A DNA stretch of 64,000 nucleotides from Candidatus Levyibacteriota bacterium (lineage in GTDB: Bacteria > Patescibacteriota > Microgenomatia > Levybacterales > UBA12049), in NCBI GenBank assembly GCA_043823085.1, contig JBDRBE010000004.1, forward strand, positions 197,510 to 261,509, in the 5' to 3' direction. A model generated the notes under the pieces. The model ran no database searches. It had not been told where the DNA came from and saw only the letters and a program-made list of their open reading frames with translations. The translations under genes and the position numbers were made by a program. Numbering within the stretch: the stretch's first letter is position 1; every line of letters begins with the position of its first letter. Below, one piece after another: positions 27,092 to 37,885 of this stretch.

Positions 27092-27175
27092 AATATTGTA
27101 CTCTTAAAAAGAGTAGCCCGCTATGCAAAATGAGGCCGTGAGGATTTGCGGGCAGAAGGGAGGTGAGATATATTT

Positions 27176-27397
27176 ATGGACGAAAATAATAATCCAATAA
27201 ATCCAGCACCAAATCAACCCGTAGCTGGAGAACCAAGTCAACCAACTCCACCACCTGCTCCTCAAACAATTTGTACAAAATGTGGTGGTTCTGCCAATAA
27301 TGGAAATTGTGTTGCCTGTAATCAAAGTGTGGAAGGTTGTACATGCACACCAGTCGCAGCTGGCGGAGACACAGGACAATCTGCGCCGGCAGTATAA
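27176..27397 (+). CDS. Small Pro-rich/Cys-rich protein (73 aa, 6 Cys in CTKCGG...NCVACNQ...GCTCTP)
   Basis: Strong Shine-Dalgarno sequence GGGAGGTGAG. Preferred over the overlapping antisense ORF 27104..27442. Confidence 0.5.
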   Translation: MDENNNPINPAPNQPVAGEPSQPTPPPAPQTICTKCGGSANNGNCVACNQSVEGCTCTPVAAGGDTGQSAPAV

Positions 27398-27451
27398 AGA
27401 AGATGTTTTTATTGAAAACACGCTACTCCCCAGGTTTGACACTGGGAGAGC

Positions 27452-27482
27452 TTGACAAGAGTTATAGCTTTATGCTTACACT
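27452..27482 (+). promoter_or_regulatory. Promoter copy B (CTTGACAAG -35, TACACTATT -10 region) for the TM_helix membrane protein
   Basis: See copy A. Confidence 0.5.
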
Positions 27483-27590
27483 ATTATTGGATCTTTAACA
27501 AGACCCACATAAATATATTTTTTGCCTTAGTTCATTTGAACTGCGGTTAAAAAGAGTATTTTAAGGAGGGCGAGAAAGGAGGTGAGATAA

Positions 27591-28253
27591 ATGAATATAG
27601 ATGTTGGACAAACATTGTTGCTTTCATTAACCAACGGAATGGCAGCATTTGTTTCTTTTGTCCCAAAATTTTTAGCTGGAGTGGTTATTATCCTTCTTGG
27701 CATTATTATTGCTTCTGTTATAAAGCAAGTACTAGTTGAGGTTTTCAAAGCTTTAAAGGCAGAACAATTCTTAAAAAAATACGGAGTGCCGGAAGGAAAA
27801 GAAGAGTTTTCCTGGACAAATATTCTTGCAGAAATTGTAAGATGGTTTGTGTTTATTCTCTTTTTAATTCCAACGGCAGATGTTTGGGGTCTTCCGCAGG
27901 TTGTCACGGTACTCAATACGTTCTTGCTCTATCTTCCCAATGTGTTTGTTGCGGCAATTATCGGCGTGGTTGGATTTGCGTTCGCAAAACTAACCCACGA
28001 CGTAGTTTTGACGTCAACACACAACATGGGAGTTGAGACTTCCAAAACAATTGCGTCCGTAACAAGATGGGCTGTCGTAATATTTGTCTTTTTGGCCATT
28101 TTAAATCAACTTGGTGTTGCCACAGACTTAATAAGAATTCTATTCACAGGATTTGTAGCGATGGTGGCAATAGCCGGAGGAATAGCTTTTGGGTTAGGAG
28201 GTCAGGATACGGCCAAAGACATATTGGACGGTATTCGTAGCAGGGTTAAATAA
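27591..28253 (+). CDS. Membrane protein with repeated conserved-TM-helix units (mechanosensitive-channel-associated type)
   Basis: Four to five hydrophobic helices. Strong Shine-Dalgarno sequence AAAGGAGGTGAGATAA. Confidence 0.4.
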   Translation: MNIDVGQTLLLSLTNGMAAFVSFVPKFLAGVVIILLGIIIASVIKQVLVEVFKALKAEQFLKKYGVPEGKEEFSWTNILAEIVRWFVFILFLIPTADVWGLPQVVTVLNTFLLYLPNVFVAAIIGVVGFAFAKLTHDVVLTSTHNMGVETSKTIASVTRWAVVIFVFLAILNQLGVATDLIRILFTGFVAMVAIAGGIAFGLGGQDTAKDILDGIRSRVK

Positions 28254-28311
28254 CGAAGCTTTAAAAGTTCGTTAGGAATATTATCCGATAAATTCGGAAG
28301 AGTTTGGTTGG

Positions 28312-28340
28312 TTGAGAACTATATCAATATCGGATATAAT
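28312..28340 (+). promoter_or_regulatory. tRNA-Glu promoter: -35 TTGAGA, 17-nt spacer, -10 TATAAT
   Basis: Read directly, about 10 nt before the tRNA. Confidence 0.55.
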
Positions 28341-28349
28341 ATTAATCCT

Positions 28350-28423
28350 GCCGCCATCGTCTAGTGGCCTAGGACATCGGGTTTTCAGCCCGAGAATCAG
28401 GGGTTCGAATCCCCTTGGCGGTA
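28350..28423 (+). tRNA. tRNA-Glu (anticodon TTC)
   Basis: GTCTAGTGGCCTAGGAC D-arm, anticodon loop TTTTCAG, GGTTCGAATCC T-loop. Confidence 0.85.
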
Positions 28424-28481
28424 CTGTGAGAAGCGAAGACAATATGAATTTTAAAATTGATCTGAATAAAATGCCTGAAGT

Positions 28482-29135
28482 CTAGTAATTTATGTAGTAC
28501 TCGATTTTGGCGGATTTTTGCACTTCTGCTATCCACGTTTGAAACTTTTCTCCCATTTTTTGCTGTTCCAATTGCTGTTTGATACCGGCTTTGAATTCAT
28601 CATCCGATGAACCATCGGGAGTAGTTAAATTATTATTTGCGATATAATCATCAATTTCTTTATCGCTTACACTTATATCTTTTCCCAAAATCTTTTCAAT
28701 AATTTTTTGAATTCTGATTTGCTCAACAAGATCTTGCTTTGTCATACCCTGAAATGCCAACGCGCTATCAAGCGTTTGTCCTTGATCTGTGAGTGACTTT
28801 TCAATTGTTAAAATTTGGGTGTCTATTTCGCTTTGACTAACAGTTATATTTTTCTTTTGAGCCTGCGAAAGAATCAAAAGTTTGGTAATTTCAGATTCAA
28901 CCGCCTGTTTTCCGGATTGTTTTTCTAAGCTTTGAATTATCGACAGTCTAGATATTGTTTCTCCATTAACCACTGCTGCAACAAATATTCCCCTAAAACA
29001 ATAGATAAGTCCAATTAAAACCAAAATCACAATTAAAATAGAAAACCTGGGGTTTAAGGAAAATGATTTTTTAACCACGTTTAAGTTCTGTTCAACTTTT
29101 TTTACAACTGATGCTTTCGCTTTTCTCTGCGGCAT
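28482..29135 (-). CDS. Membrane-anchored SurA-N/PpiD-like chaperone-domain protein
   Basis: N-terminal transmembrane helix and SurA_N-like helical region. A leaderless start at 29135 (MPQRKAKAS) lies 7 nt after an extended -10 TGTGcTATAAT. Confidence 0.4.
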   Translation of the reverse strand: MPQRKAKASVVKKVEQNLNVVKKSFSLNPRFSILIVILVLIGLIYCFRGIFVAAVVNGETISRLSIIQSLEKQSGKQAVESEITKLLILSQAQKKNITVSQSEIDTQILTIEKSLTDQGQTLDSALAFQGMTKQDLVEQIRIQKIIEKILGKDISVSDKEIDDYIANNNLTTPDGSSDDEFKAGIKQQLEQQKMGEKFQTWIAEVQKSAKIEYYINY

Positions 29136-29307
29136 TTTTGTATTATAGCACAATTTTTGTTTTTGCAAATGCTTTTTCCAAAAGAATCTTTCAATTGAAA
29201 AAATTCACATTCTTTCAACCGAAATTGAAAATATTCTAATCCATACCGAACCAACCGCCTAACGCTTCCATTTCTGATAAATTTTTGTTATAATTTATAG
29301 TTTGATT

Positions 29308-32238
29308 ATGACGGATAAAATTATTATTAAAGGAGCCAAAGAGCATAACCTCAAAAACATTGACGTTGAAATCCCAAAAAACAAACTGATTGTTTTTACC
29401 GGAGTGTCGGGTAGCGGAAAATCATCCCTTGCCATGGATACAATTTACGCCGAGGGTCAAAGAAGATATGTCGAATCCCTTTCTTCTTATGCCAGGCAGT
29501 TTTTAGGGATAATGAAAAAGCCGAACGTGGATTTGATCGAAGGACTGTCTCCGGCAATTTCCATTGACCAAAAAGGAGCATCGCACAACCCTCGTTCAAC
29601 AGTTGGCACGGTTACAGAAATTTATGACTATTTAAGACTTTTATTCGCCAGAATCGGCCATCCGCATTGTCCAAAATGCGGTCGGGAAATAAGCCACCTT
29701 TCCAAAGAACAAATCGTTAATAATATTTTTGAATTATTGAACAAGGACGGCGTTTCAAAAATTACAGGACTTAGAATTTTGATTATGGCTCCTCTTGTAA
29801 AAGACAGAAAAGGCGAATACCTGGAACTTTTTTCCGACTTAAAAAAACGAGGGTATAAAAAAGTAAGAATTGACGGACAAGTTTTTGATATTAATGATAA
29901 TTATATTTTAATAAAAACGAATAAACACAGTATTGAATTAATTGTTGATGCTGTTTCTTTAACTAAAAAAACCGATAGGAATAGAATTTTTTCTTCTTGC
30001 GAGCAAGCCTTAAAATTTGGCGATGGAGAAATTATTGTTTCGATTATAAAAGACAAAGGATTTAATATCCCCGAAAGTCCCAAAAAAATGGAAGACATTC
30101 TTTTCTCGGAAAAGTTTTCCTGTCCTGTTTGCGGAATATCCGTTCCGGAAATTGAACCGAGGATTTTTTCTTTTAATACTCCTCACGGAGCTTGTCCAAC
30201 CTGCAACGGTCTTGGAACAATATTAACTGTTGATAAAGATCTGGTTTTTAACAAAAATTTGAGCATAAACGAAGGGGGGATCTTACCTTTTTTTAATATT
30301 CTTGAACACGATACTTGGTTTTCCCGAACTTTTAAAAAATTCTGCCAAGAAAATGACGTTCCTTTAACAACAAGGCTCTCGCAAGTCTCAACAGAAAAAA
30401 AAGAATTATTGCTTATAGGCACAGGAGACCGGGAATATGAAGTTGAGGGCGAAAACAGATGGGGAAGAGAAACCGTAATTTATGAACCGTTTCGAGGAAT
30501 TATTTCGGAATTAAAAAACCGTTACCAAAACACACAATCTTCTTTTGTAAAATCGCAAACCGAAAAATTTATGAGAAATGTTATTTGCAGTGAATGCCGC
30601 GGTTCAAGATTAAAAAAAGAGTCATTGTCTATTACAATTGGTCAAAAATCTATTGCCGTCGTAACAGATATGTCAATTACAAATTGTTTTGAATTTATCA
30701 CAAATTTAAAGAATACAAGTTCTGAAAAGGAAAAACAAATCAGTAAATTAATTCTTAAAGAGATTCAAAACCGTCTTACATTTCTTATTGATGTCGGACT
30801 GGATTATTTAACGCTCTCAAGAGATGCCCAAACACTTGCAGGAGGAGAGGCACAAAGAATTCGGCTTGCATCACAAATTGGCAGCGGGCTAACTGGTGTT
30901 TTATACGTTTTAGACGAACCATCAATCGGACTTCATCAAAAGGACAACAAAAAACTTATCGAAACGCTTAAAAAATTGCGAGATTTGGGAAACACAGTCA
31001 TTGTCGTTGAACACGATAAAGAAACAATGGAATCCTCTGATTATATTTATGATTTTGGTCCAGAGGGAGGGGAAAAGGGCGGATATATTGTTGCTCACGG
31101 CGCACCAAGCGAAATAATGAACAATAATAATTCATTAACAGGAAAATATCTTTCCGGGGCAAAAGAGATAAAGATTCAAACCAAAAAGTTAAACACCGAA
31201 ATAGGATTAAGTGACACGTTTGCAACGTCCGACCATAATGAACTAAAAATTATTGGCGCAAAGGAACACAATCTCAAAAATATCGATGTAGTTTTCCCTT
31301 TGAACAAACTTGTCGTTATCACTGGAGTTTCGGGGAGCGGAAAGTCAACTTTGATTAACGATATTTTGTACCACGCTCTCATGCAAAAAGAAAATCCTTT
31401 TCACCACCAAAAACCGGGAGAATTTAAGGAAATTCTTGGGGCAGATTATATTAAAAATGTTTATCTAATTGATCAGTCTCCAATCGGCAGAACTCCAAGA
31501 AGCAATCCGGCCACTTATACCGGCTGTTTTAATTATATCAGAGATCTTTTTGCGCAAAGTAAAGATGCTAAATTAAAAGGATATAATCCGGGACGATTTT
31601 CATTTAATGTCAAAGGCGGAAGATGCGAATCCTGCCAAGGAGAAGGACAAATTAAAATCGAAATGCAATTTCTACCAGATATATATATTACTTGCGAAGT
31701 CTGCAGCGGAAAACAGTACACAACCGAAGTTTTGGAAGTTTTATTTAATAATAAAAATATTGCCCAAGTTTTGGATATGACGGTCTCCGAAGCGCTTTTG
31801 TTTTTTTCTTTTGTTCCCGGACTTTCATACAAACTCCAAACGCTTTACGATGTCGGATTATCATATATTAAACTTGGACAGCCTGCGCCAACACTATCGG
31901 GGGGAGAAGCCCAAAGAGTAAAACTAGCAACAGAACTTTCCAAAAAAGGCTCCAATTCTCTTTATCTTCTAGACGAACCGACCACAGGGCTTCATTTTGC
32001 CGATTTGGAAAAATTACTAAAAGTATTACGGGGACTGGTTGATAAAGGAAACAGCATATTTGTTGTTGAGCACAATCTTGACGTAATTAAAAACGCCGAT
32101 TATATAATAGATCTGGGTCCGGAGGGAGGAGAAAAAGGCGGAGAGATTATTGCAATCGGAACTCCAAAAAACATCGCAAGCGTTAAAAATTCGTATACCG
32201 GTCAATTCTTAAAACGAGCACTTGAGAATCGACACTGA
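29308..32238 (+). CDS. uvrA: Excinuclease ABC subunit A
   Basis: Two ABC ATPase modules ([11 protein letters not shown] and [11 protein letters not shown]), zinc fingers and a LSGGEAQR signature. Confidence 0.95.
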   Translation: MTDKIIIKGAKEHNLKNIDVEIPKNKLIVFTGVSGSGKSSLAMDTIYAEGQRRYVESLSSYARQFLGIMKKPNVDLIEGLSPAISIDQKGASHNPRSTVGTVTEIYDYLRLLFARIGHPHCPKCGREISHLSKEQIVNNIFELLNKDGVSKITGLRILIMAPLVKDRKGEYLELFSDLKKRGYKKVRIDGQVFDINDNYILIKTNKHSIELIVDAVSLTKKTDRNRIFSSCEQALKFGDGEIIVSIIKDKGFNIPESPKKMEDILFSEKFSCPVCGISVPEIEPRIFSFNTPHGACPTCNGLGTILTVDKDLVFNKNLSINEGGILPFFNILEHDTWFSRTFKKFCQENDVPLTTRLSQVSTEKKELLLIGTGDREYEVEGENRWGRETVIYEPFRGIISELKNRYQNTQSSFVKSQTEKFMRNVICSECRGSRLKKESLSITIGQKSIAVVTDMSITNCFEFITNLKNTSSEKEKQISKLILKEIQNRLTFLIDVGLDYLTLSRDAQTLAGGEAQRIRLASQIGSGLTGVLYVLDEPSIGLHQKDNKKLIETLKKLRDLGNTVIVVEHDKETMESSDYIYDFGPEGGEKGGYIVAHGAPSEIMNNNNSLTGKYLSGAKEIKIQTKKLNTEIGLSDTFATSDHNELKIIGAKEHNLKNIDVVFPLNKLVVITGVSGSGKSTLINDILYHALMQKENPFHHQKPGEFKEILGADYIKNVYLIDQSPIGRTPRSNPATYTGCFNYIRDLFAQSKDAKLKGYNPGRFSFNVKGGRCESCQGEGQIKIEMQFLPDIYITCEVCSGKQYTTEVLEVLFNNKNIAQVLDMTVSEALLFFSFVPGLSYKLQTLYDVGLSYIKLGQPAPTLSGGEAQRVKLATELSKKGSNSLYLLDEPTTGLHFADLEKLLKVLRGLVDKGNSIFVVEHNLDVIKNADYIIDLGPEGGEKGGEIIAIGTPKNIASVKNSYTGQFLKRALENRH

Positions 32239-32258
32239 TTTTCTGGTATGCTTAAAGT

Positions 32259-34130
32259 ATGAGATTTTTCTCAACTTTTGTAGTTTTTCTCTTCTGTTTC
32301 CTTTTTTTATCAATCACTAAAGTTTGTGCATTAGATAACTTTTATACTTCTTACGACGCAAATTACAATGTTTCCGAAAATGGCACTACGCAAGTATTAT
32401 TTAATATTAGCCTTACCAATAAAACAGAAAATTACTATGCATCGTCTTACAAAATTAGAACAGGATTTGACGACGCTCAAAACATAAATGCCTTTGATGC
32501 GGGCGGAAGCCTTTATACAACCACGTCAAGCACGGATCAAGGAAAAGAAATTAAAGTCGTTTTTAATAAAAAGGTCTTGGGAGCAGGCAGCATTCTTTCT
32601 TTTAATCTATCATTTTCAACCAATAATATTGCATATAAACAGGGGAATATCTGGGAAGTCAATATTCCCGGAGTTTCAAATCAAAATGATTTTGAAAAAT
32701 TTAACGCGCATGTCAAAGTTCCTCAAAGTTTTGGCGACCCGGAATATATAAAACCCGATGTTAATCTTTCGGGTTTAAATTTCACAAAGGAACAGCTTGG
32801 TAATTCCGGAATTTCAATTGCATTTGGCAAAAAACAAATTTATGATTTTACATTAACCTACCATTTAACAAATGATAAGATTTATCCTGTTGCAACCGAA
32901 ATAGCTCTTCCGCCGTCAACAAATTACCAAGATGTTTATATTGAAAATATTTCCCCAAAGCCGTCAAATGTCACTCTGGACAATGATGGAAACTGGCTGG
33001 CACAATATTCTCTTTTACCTACCAAAAAATTAGATGTTGTTGTTAAAGGAAAAGCATTGCTTTTTTTACGCCCAAGAAAACAAGTGCTATCAGCAAAAGA
33101 CTTTGAAGCCTATCTTTTGCCGGAAAAATATTGGGAGGCATCCGAAAAAATTAAAAATTTAGCCAATTCTTTAAAAACGCCAAAAGCCATTTATGAATAT
33201 GTTGCTAAAACCTTAACCTACGATTTTTCCCGCACAACAGATAATAAACCTCGTCTTGGTGCAAAAAATGTTCTGGAAAATCCTAAGTCTGCCGTCTGTC
33301 TTGAATTTACAGATCTTTTTATTGCTCTTTCGCGCGCCGCCGGAATTCCAGCTCGCGAAGTAGATGGATACGCTTACACAAAAAATGAAAGAGAGCGGCC
33401 TGTTTCTTTAATACAGGATATTTTGCATGCCTGGCCGGAGTATTACGATAAAGATTTAGAAACTTGGGTCATGATTGACCCAACTTGGGAAAATACTACA
33501 AAAGGCGTCGACTATTTTAATATTTTAGATTTTGACCATTTTGCATTTGTTATTCGGGGTCAAAACAGCAGTTATCCGATTCCAGCCGGAGGATACAAAA
33601 TACCCGCTTCAAAAAACACAAAAGACGTATCGGTTGACTTTGCAAAAAATTTTATTGAAAAAACTCCAACCCTTACAATCACTACAAGCATTCCAGATAC
33701 TGCCTTGTCAGGTTTACCCATTCAAGGAGAAATAACCCTTAAAAATGTTGGTCAAACAATTTATCCGCAAAGTCAGATAAAAATTGAGAGTGATTTTCTT
33801 TCTTTGCAAAGCGGAAAAAAAGATTTAGACGTTATTCCTCCCTATGGGACAATAAAAATTCCTGTTTCATTTGAGCAAACTCCTTTTTTGACAAACAGAG
33901 AGGCTTTAGTTAAAATTACACTCGATCAAAATTATTTTTCAAAAACAGTAAAAATTACGCCGTTTATCGTTAATCGAATAACAATCGCTCTTGGAGGAAT
34001 TTTACTTGCAACAATTATCACAATCATCTTACTTATCGTTACCAGAGGATCCAGGCATTTACCTTTTTTTAGGAAAAAGAAGCCGGATCCTTTACGTGGG
34101 GAAAGCCAGGAACCTCAAGAAACGGGTTAG
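32259..34130 (+). CDS. Secreted transglutaminase-like cysteine-protease-fold protein with a C-terminal transmembrane anchor
   Basis: Signal peptide; CLEFTDLFIALSRAAGIPAREVDGY (Cys core) followed by H...D residues; C-terminal ITIALGGILLATIITIILLIV then RGSRH...RKKK. Confidence 0.7.
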   Translation: MRFFSTFVVFLFCFLFLSITKVCALDNFYTSYDANYNVSENGTTQVLFNISLTNKTENYYASSYKIRTGFDDAQNINAFDAGGSLYTTTSSTDQGKEIKVVFNKKVLGAGSILSFNLSFSTNNIAYKQGNIWEVNIPGVSNQNDFEKFNAHVKVPQSFGDPEYIKPDVNLSGLNFTKEQLGNSGISIAFGKKQIYDFTLTYHLTNDKIYPVATEIALPPSTNYQDVYIENISPKPSNVTLDNDGNWLAQYSLLPTKKLDVVVKGKALLFLRPRKQVLSAKDFEAYLLPEKYWEASEKIKNLANSLKTPKAIYEYVAKTLTYDFSRTTDNKPRLGAKNVLENPKSAVCLEFTDLFIALSRAAGIPAREVDGYAYTKNERERPVSLIQDILHAWPEYYDKDLETWVMIDPTWENTTKGVDYFNILDFDHFAFVIRGQNSSYPIPAGGYKIPASKNTKDVSVDFAKNFIEKTPTLTITTSIPDTALSGLPIQGEITLKNVGQTIYPQSQIKIESDFLSLQSGKKDLDVIPPYGTIKIPVSFEQTPFLTNREALVKITLDQNYFSKTVKITPFIVNRITIALGGILLATIITIILLIVTRGSRHLPFFRKKKPDPLRGESQEPQETG

Positions 34131-35304
34131 CTCCTATTTTGTAAACAGAACAGTCATCGGAGAAAGAACAAGGAAGCTTATTAAATTAATTAAAAAAATA
34201 CAATATATCAAAGCAAGAAACGAATTAGAAGCATTGCTTTTGGAAGCAAAATATATTAAAAAATACGAGCCTTGCTTTAATGTCAAACTCACCGATGGGA
34301 AAACTTATCCGATGATAAAAATAACCATTAATGACAAATACCCGAAAGTCCTCGTGGCAAGAAGCGTTGATCAAAATCCAAAAGAAGGTAAATCTTTATA
34401 TTTTGGACCATATCCAAACCCCAGCTCAATGCGTTTGGTTTTACACACAATCAGACGAATTTTTCCTTTTCAAAGCGTTAACAATCATCCCAAAAAAATT
34501 TGCCTTTATTACCATTTAGGCCTTTGTCCGTGTCCTGCGGTTTTTGATTCAAATGAATTAAAAAAAGAATACCGTAAAAACATTCGCTTCATTATTACTT
34601 TTTTAAATGGCAAACTTAATGTTGTCACAAGAAGACTTGAGAAAGAAAGAAATAATTCATGTGAAAACGAAAATTTTGAAAAAGCAAAAATTTTACAACA
34701 AAAAATTGAGGCTATAAAACTAATTACTACACCCGTTATTTTACCATTTGAATATGAAATTAATCCCAACTTAAAAGCGGATTTGGCAAAAGAGGAAACA
34801 GATAAATTAAAAGAGGAGCTTGTAAAATCAGAGGTTGATATTCAAAGTCTTAAAAGAATAGAATGTTATGATATCTCCAATATTTCCGGAAAACACGCAA
34901 CCGGCTCGATGGTTGTTTTTATAAATGGAGAGCGCGAAAAATCAATATACCGTAAATTCAAAATTAATCAATCAAAGCCAAATGATGTTTTAATGCTTTA
35001 TGAAATGATTTCAAGAAGATTAAGACACAATGAATGGGACTTGCCGGATTTAATGGTCATTGACGGAGGAAAAGGACAAGTCTCATTGGCACAAAAGGCG
35101 ATTGTTGAAAGCGGCTTGAAGATTCCAATCATTGGCCTTGCCAAAAAAAATGAAAGAATAATAACCTCAGATTTTAGAGAAATAAAGCTCTCAAGAGAAT
35201 CAAAAGCGCTGCATTTTTTGCAAAAAATAAGGGACGAGGCCCACCGTTTTGCCATTTCCTACCATAAAAAACTCCGTTGGAAAACTCTTATTCCTCAAGA
35301 TTGA
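33991..35304 (+). CDS. uvrC: Excinuclease ABC subunit C (short form lacking the C-terminal HhH domain)
   Basis: GIY-YIG N-terminus LPEDPGIYLFLGKRSRILYVGKARNLKKRVSSYF, and a UvrC endonuclease-like region with YDISN...DGGKGQ. Confidence 0.85.
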   Translation: MEEFYLQQLSQSSYLSLPEDPGIYLFLGKRSRILYVGKARNLKKRVSSYFVNRTVIGERTRKLIKLIKKIQYIKARNELEALLLEAKYIKKYEPCFNVKLTDGKTYPMIKITINDKYPKVLVARSVDQNPKEGKSLYFGPYPNPSSMRLVLHTIRRIFPFQSVNNHPKKICLYYHLGLCPCPAVFDSNELKKEYRKNIRFIITFLNGKLNVVTRRLEKERNNSCENENFEKAKILQQKIEAIKLITTPVILPFEYEINPNLKADLAKEETDKLKEELVKSEVDIQSLKRIECYDISNISGKHATGSMVVFINGEREKSIYRKFKINQSKPNDVLMLYEMISRRLRHNEWDLPDLMVIDGGKGQVSLAQKAIVESGLKIPIIGLAKKNERIITSDFREIKLSRESKALHFLQKIRDEAHRFAISYHKKLRWKTLIPQD

Positions 35305-35314
35305 ACCTTAATAA

Positions 35315-36670
35315 TTATTTTCTTATAATCTCATACTCGTAAGGTAAGAAGAGAAAAGAGGCGGGGGAGTCGTCGAGAAGATATTTTTGAAGATCAAGAT
35401 ATATTTTTTTTCTTTCACTACTATCAATTGTTTTTCGTCCGTCTTCCAAGAGTTTATCTATCCTTAAATTTTTATATCCTGTTATGTTGTTTTCTTGCTG
35501 GGAGTGCCAAAGACTGTATTGGTCCGGATCTTTTGGCACTTTATAGTCTCCTAAAAAAATCTGATACGAGGAAGGAACGCTATCTACAACGATTATTTTT
35601 ATTTTAACATTAATTAGTTCCCATGCTTTCGAAATTTCTTGGGCTGTTTTTTCATATCCTGAAAGGGTTTTTAACTCAAGTTCAACCTGTGAGCTTTTAC
35701 TTGCACTTGGCGCTTGAGACATTAAAATTTTAGCATGCTCAATATCCTGCGATTTTTCGAATTGGTTTGAATAAACCCACGAACTTTGTGCATACATATT
35801 CCAATTCCTCTGACCGCCAGACAAATTATCCGGCAAAGCATACGATAAAGCGTTCCTTATTTTTTTATCCGATAAAACTGCATCATTGTTATTATAAAAT
35901 AAGGTTGCCAAAAGTGAGGCATTTATGTTTTTTTGGATATTTAAATTAGGAAAAGAATCAAACGATGTATCATCAAAATCCAAATTCGAAAGACCTTGCG
36001 CTTTAGATATTTCTCCTAAATTAAAAGCAATTTTAAGAGCATCTTGACTTGGATAAAATAAATATTCTTTAACTTTTAATTTATCTTTCGCAGAAATCAT
36101 TGAAAGCGATTGAACAAAATTTCCATTAAGTTTAATGCCGATTATCTTATAATTACCGATTCCAACAAGATTATCTTTGAAAATAGGTCTTGAAACCGTT
36201 ACTAAAAAAGGACTATAGCTCTCTTTTAATTTAAAAATAATTTTATATTTATCCGGTTTTTCAACTTTTGCGTCAGAAAAATTATAATTCACTGAATTTG
36301 AGGTCAAATTGGAACCGTCGCTAAAAAAAACATCTTTTCTAAGATCGAAAACATATGTTTTTCCGTTATCTTCTATTTTCCAATTTTTAGCAATGTTTGG
36401 CAAAGGAGTACCATTGGGTGATATAACCGTAAGCCCTGATGAAACTTCTCCTAAAATTTCCTGAGGTAAATTATCATTTGTATATGCTCCAACTAAGCCT
36501 ATTGATTCTTTTTGACCGATAGGAATTTTTGACAAAATAATAGGAATTGCTGAGCGGAAAATAAAAAAGAAAACTAATCCGGCAATAAAGAAAAAAATAA
36601 TACCTTTTCCCCATTTCCGAAGATATGCTTTTATTAACCAGAAAATTAATCTTCTTCTAAATACAAACAT
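35315..36670 (-). CDS. ABC transporter substrate-binding protein, family 5 (peptide/nickel type), membrane-anchored
   Basis: DPDQYSLWHS-type family 5 solute-binding signature; N-terminal transmembrane helix. Confidence 0.55.
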   Translation of the reverse strand: MFVFRRRLIFWLIKAYLRKWGKGIIFFFIAGLVFFFIFRSAIPIILSKIPIGQKESIGLVGAYTNDNLPQEILGEVSSGLTVISPNGTPLPNIAKNWKIEDNGKTYVFDLRKDVFFSDGSNLTSNSVNYNFSDAKVEKPDKYKIIFKLKESYSPFLVTVSRPIFKDNLVGIGNYKIIGIKLNGNFVQSLSMISAKDKLKVKEYLFYPSQDALKIAFNLGEISKAQGLSNLDFDDTSFDSFPNLNIQKNINASLLATLFYNNNDAVLSDKKIRNALSYALPDNLSGGQRNWNMYAQSSWVYSNQFEKSQDIEHAKILMSQAPSASKSSQVELELKTLSGYEKTAQEISKAWELINVKIKIIVVDSVPSSYQIFLGDYKVPKDPDQYSLWHSQQENNITGYKNLRIDKLLEDGRKTIDSSERKKIYLDLQKYLLDDSPASFLFLPYEYEIIRK

Positions 36671-36696
36671 AATTCTTTTAGTTTTTACGGATTATT

Positions 36697-36909
36697 TTAA
36701 TGAGGGAAAAGAAGCACAAGTGACAATGTTCCAAAAAAAACGATTAAGATTATTGTCGCAATAACCAATAATCGCTCAACGCTTCTTCTGCTTTGATAAA
36801 ATTCACCGCCCCCGCCAAAAGCTGTTGACAATCCGCTGCTTCTTGACTGCAATAGAACTGCTACAATCAAAAAAACCGCAACTAAAATCTGTAGCACTGT
36901 AAAAATCAT
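36697..36909 (-). CDS. secG: Preprotein translocase subunit SecG
   Basis: LLQSRSSGLSTAFGGGGEF...R pattern with two transmembrane helices. Confidence 0.75.
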   Translation of the reverse strand: MIFTVLQILVAVFLIVAVLLQSRSSGLSTAFGGGGEFYQSRRSVERLLVIATIILIVFFGTLSLVLLFPH

Positions 36910-36921
36910 AAATTTTCTGTA

Positions 36922-37884
36922 TTATTGTATCGCTTCGCCTACTGCTTTTGCAAGTTTTTCGCTTGAATGGTAAAGCGGAAATTCTTCGTTAATCAAATCT
37001 TTTTGAACAATCTTAATGCCATTATTATTAGCTATGTGATTTGGCTTGACGTACTCATACTGAAATTTAAATTTGCTGGGGATTTTTGGACTAAAATTAT
37101 TATTAACAAGAAAGTATTCAAAAACTTTTGAGCTACAATGTCTGATTATTGAATTAATAAAATCGCAAATTTTATAATTTGGCGTTTCGTAAGTTTTATT
37201 TGCAATATTGACAATAAACATTTTCCTTGCCTTTGATTGTTTTAGGGCTTTTAGAATATCTTTGACTAAAAGTACGGGTAAAATTGTTGTATAGAAATCT
37301 CCCGGCCCGGCAATTATTAAATCTGCATCCAAGATTGCTTTTTTTACTTCCTCCGGAGACGTAGAATTACTTGGTTTAAGAAATAGTTTTTCAATTTTAC
37401 CGCTAAACCGCCCTAAATCAATATTTTCTTCACGGTAAACGTTTTCGCCCGAACTTGTTTTTGCCCAAATCGTTATATTGTCTGTAGTTGAAGGAAGGAT
37501 TTTACCGATTGTTTGAAAAATTCTTTGCATTTGAAAAACCGCTTTATGAAAATCACCTGTTATTGAAGAAAGAGCGACTAAAATCAAATTGCCCATTTTT
37601 TGTCCGGGCAATGATCTATCTGAACCATAGCGATTGCCCAAAAACCTGTAGGTCAACAAATCACGCATCAGAGGATCTGCGTTTGACAAAGCGGCAATAC
37701 AACTTACCAAGTCTCCGGGAGGAGGAACGCCAAAATACCTTCTTAATCTTCCAGCTGACCCGCCGTCATCTGCCATAGAAACAACAACAGTAATGTTGCC
37801 CGTGTATTTTTTTAGTCCTTTAATTAGATTTACCGTGCCTATTCCGCCACCCAAACAAACAATCTTTTTATTTGAAAAACCCAT
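36922..37884 (-). CDS. YvcK/CofD-family (UPF0052) protein
   Basis: CLGGGIGTVNLIKGL...VVSMADDGGSAGRLR signature. Confidence 0.8.
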   Translation of the reverse strand: MGFSNKKIVCLGGGIGTVNLIKGLKKYTGNITVVVSMADDGGSAGRLRRYFGVPPPGDLVSCIAALSNADPLMRDLLTYRFLGNRYGSDRSLPGQKMGNLILVALSSITGDFHKAVFQMQRIFQTIGKILPSTTDNITIWAKTSSGENVYREENIDLGRFSGKIEKLFLKPSNSTSPEEVKKAILDADLIIAGPGDFYTTILPVLLVKDILKALKQSKARKMFIVNIANKTYETPNYKICDFINSIIRHCSSKVFEYFLVNNNFSPKIPSKFKFQYEYVKPNHIANNNGIKIVQKDLINEEFPLYHSSEKLAKAVGEAIQ

Positions 37885-37885
37885 A

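Noticed and set aside
27104-27442. Cys-rich 112-aa ORF on the minus strand overlapping the 73-aa plus-strand ORF
   Set aside because: It has no ribosome-binding site and its composition looks like an antisense artifact. The plus-strand ORF has a strong Shine-Dalgarno sequence and a promoter.
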